From Entomortierella parvispora E1425 (lineage: Eukaryota > Fungi > Mortierellomycota): a stretch of 64,000 bases of DNA. Each line of letters begins with the position of its first letter. Position 1 is the first letter of the stretch. Location of the stretch: positions 930,001 through 994,000 of the forward strand of contig BQFW01000011.1 in NCBI GenBank assembly GCA_020891255.1, written 5' to 3'. A program made the position numbers and the translations under genes. Below the pieces are notes generated by a model. The model made no database searches. It saw only the letters and a list, made by a program, of their open reading frames with translations, and was not told the origin of the DNA. Of the stretch, positions 60,807 to 64,000 are shown in pieces.

Positions 60807-62149
60807 ATGACCACCAACAATCCGATCCTCTCTGCCGGAGAGTTCCTCGACGAATATATTGAGAGTAAGTATTCCATCCACTGCGCCGTTATTTCAAGCG
60901 CAAAGTGCCGCGCATTTGACCAAAATGAAATCAAAGCCACTGACGATCCCCTCCTATAGGTCTCGAAAACTTACCATCAGAGGTTCAGCAAGGTTTACAG
61001 GAACTTGGGAAGGCAGACGAGCAATACTTTGGTAATCAGGAAGAGGCCGTTTCCAGTCTTCAGTTGTTTCCGTTTCCGATGTTTAGTTGTTTCCCTTCAC
61101 TCATTGACTTTCTCTTTTCTTTTTTTTTCTTTAACTAACTAGATCTTCGAGAACAGTACAGAGCTGACTGGAAGGCGTACAATAAGGCATCAAAACGATC
61201 CACAGTTCCCGTAGAGGAAAACCAAGCATTGGTTCAAGACCGTCTCAATATCGAGGTAGATGTCCTTATTCATAATGCTTTTTGGGACTCTTGTGAACGA
61301 TTTGACCTGACCAAACCTTCACGTATCTGTCTTTATCTGAAGAAACAATACACTGCGGCCATCCGGAAAGTGGACCAAAAGATCGAATACAGTCTAAAGC
61401 TTTACGACTTGGTACGGACTATTACACCCAATCCTTTCACCAACGGGGAGTTATATACAGGGTATCGATATTAATATGGAAGGGGTTTCTTTCTTCTTTA
61501 TAGATTAATCGTCAGATTGTTCGCTTGGACGAAGAGACACAGCGTCTTGGGATTGATCTTCAGGATTCACTGGAAGTCAAGAAAGGTACCAGTCAGTTTA
61601 ACAGGAAGGAGACATTCATGCTATAATCTACTTTACTTACACCTTCGCTGTCTCTCTGCTTATTTTACCAGTTGTACATTTGGAACCTGCTTCCGCCAAC
61701 AGAGGTACTTTTTCATGGAAACGAGGACTTGCTGATTTGGTCCGCACCTTCTAAACGTTGCCCTGTCAACCCTCCTTTTTTTCTTTCTTTGATAGATCGC
61801 AAAAGTCAAAAAGGCCCCATGTCTGCACCACGGAGTAGCCCCTCGGGACGGAAGCGAAGCAGCACCATTGCCATGGATATTGATCCCAATGAACCACTTT
61901 ATTGCTTTTGTCAACAGGTGTCATTCGGCGATATGGTTGGATGCGATAATGACTCTGTAAGTCTCCAAAATGTTTGAATTCAATGCAGCCCAATGAGTTT
62001 TATTGACTAACAGGATCGCCTTACTATTCTTCTGTTGTGACCAGTGCGACAAGGAGTGGTTCCATTATGGCTGTGTTGGTTTGGCAGAGCCCCCGGTCGG
62101 AAAATGGTATTGTGCTACCTGCCTTGCCAACATGAAAGGTCGAAAATAA
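60807..62149 (+). CDS. ING-family PHD-finger chromatin reader (Yng1/Yng2/ING4-5-like); multi-exon
   Basis: [17 protein letters not shown]-terminal ING domain; [38 protein letters not shown]...KWYCATC. Confidence 0.93.
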
Positions 62150-62566
62150 GACACCACCTCTTACTTCGGTTTCGAGAGACACACCGCTACCCTGTACATT
62201 TATTAATAAAAAAAAAGCGTTGAACAAAAAAACCCTCCAGCAAAGAGAGCGAGAGAAGAGCCTTAATCGTAAATGCTGCAGAACGATGGAGAGAGAGGAA
62301 TGCCATTCATGTGCCTGTGAGAATGAAGGAAAGAGAAAAGAAGGGACAGAGAAGAAGGTCGGACGCACAGCCCCATGTCCCAATGCCACGCTCGCTTCTC
62401 GTTCGTCCCTGGTCCTGTCTCTCTTTCCTGCCTTCTGTGAGTGGGTCGTTGTCAGTCCACCAGGTCCCGCCGCTTTCTCCTCTCTTGACCTCTTTACTTC
62501 CCTTGGTCCCATCTCATCTTTCCTCTCCTTATCCTTCTCATTCCCCACCCCCATCTGGCCATCAGA

Positions 62567-64000
62567 ATGTACCCGGGCAACTACCAGCCCCCGCAGCAAT
62601 ACAATGCGCCTCCAGGCAACCCACCCCCTGGGGCTCCTGTCGTCTATACCCCTCCTGTTCCCTATCCACCTCCACAACAGCCTTATGGCGCCTATCCTCC
62701 GAGACCGCAGTATGCCCCTCCTGGCTCCTACCCACCCCCTGCCGCCTCACCTTATGCTCCACCGGCTTACCCTCCCCCTGGAGCCTCGCCTTATCCACCA
62801 GCTGCTGGTCCGTACGGCGCTCCTCCTCCTCCTTCGCCCTATGGTGCTCCTCCTGGTCCTCCTCCACCTGTGCGCTACCAGGCCCCGCCCTATGGTCCTC
62901 CTCCTCCAGGGCCCCCTGTTAGCTATGCACCACCCCAATATCATCCCCCTGCTCCAATTCCACAGCAAATGGTAGGTTGTGCCTCTTTTTTCTTCTTATT
63001 ATTATATTTTTTTTGGATGGTTGACTTTGCCCAATGTTCGAGCATCACTTCCTCCTCCTGGGTGTACGGTGCTAATTGTTTTTACTCTTCCAACGTCTAA
63101 CCTTATATTAAGATGGCCCCTATGAATGTGCCACCGCCACCTCAGGGCTGGGCCATGCACCAGAGTCCTTACATGGCCGCACCCGTGAACTTTCAGCTGT
63201 CGAACTGTCAAGGACGAAAACGTGCCCTCTTCATTGGCATCAACTACTTTAACCAGAGAAATGAATTGAGGTCAGTGTCGTAACTAGATCATTGACCAAA
63301 GATATCAGTGGTTGAACCAAGCCGTCCTACTCACGCTGTTTAATTCTATACAACAGGGGCTGTATCAATGATGTGAGGAATATCAAGGCGTTCGTGATCC
63401 GCCAGTTTGGATTCCGGGACGAGGACACAATTTCTTTGACGGACGATCAGCGGGACCCGACAAGGATCCCGACAAGGGCCAATATCCTTGCGGCCATGCA
63501 GTGGTTGGTGCGGGATGCTCGACCGAACGATTCCTTCTTTTTCCATTACAGTGGCCATGGAGGACAGACCGAGGATTTGGACGGGGATGAGGATGACGGA
63601 TATGATGAGACGATTTACCCTGTGGACCATGAACGCGCAGGCGTGATCATTGATGACATTATGCATGATATCATGGTCCGACCCTTGCCTCCCGGCTGCC
63701 GGTTGACTGCCATTATGGACTGTTGCCACTCTGGATCTGCATTGGATCTGCCATTCGTCTACAGCACAACAGGTCAGCTCAAGGAGAGCACGGTCTTGGG
63801 CGAGGTTGGCAGTGGAGTGATGAATGCCGGTATGTCATATCTGAGAGGCGATGTTATGGGCATGTTCAAGGGTCTGGGCGGCATTGGTCGCCGACTTGGC
63901 AATGGTGGCAACAGGGAACAAGTGATCCGTAACAAGTCCAGTCCTGCAGATTGTATCATGTTCAGTGGGTAAGTTACAGTGGTTGTCTGTTCATGTATTG
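62567..64000 (+). CDS. MCA1: Type I metacaspase with a Pro/Tyr-rich prodomain, running off the right window edge
   Basis: RKRALFIGINYF, GCINDV, FFHYSGHGGQ (catalytic His), IYPVDH, LTAIMDCCHSGSALDLP (catalytic Cys), IMFSG. Confidence 0.95.

Overview
Eukaryotic, gene-dense, intron-rich fungal DNA with canonical GT-AG introns. The gene content and style resemble Mortierellomycotina/Mucoromycota, which is my inference and was not searched. I can support about 25 protein-coding genes, most split across several ORFs of the track, and I reconstructed exon junctions by eye. Housekeeping genes are BET5/TRAPPC1, CENP-W-like, DPB2, SFT2-like, a CHY zinc finger, FMC1, a long-chain acyl-CoA synthetase, PMT2-like, DBR1, CLA4, an ING-family PHD protein and a metacaspase. 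The most notable block is an intron-free stretch at about 10-16 kb. It holds a bacterial-type (LMW-PTP fold) arsenate reductase head-to-head with an ACR3 arsenite exporter, flanked by an orphan ORF and a decayed F-box/LRR gene. Also notable are a triplet of arrestin-fold paralogues with shared intron positions, a convergent DUF1647-like plus STELLO/DUF288-like glycosyltransferase pair, and a PMT2-like gene head-to-head with a membrane-anchored METTL24-like methyltransferase. Three further oddities are a secreted alpha-carbonic anhydrase with a large acidic insert, a protein with an isolated integrase HHCC zinc domain, and repeated NPDEI motifs in DBR1. I saw no rRNA, tRNA, CRISPR array or intact transposon, but I only scanned by eye.
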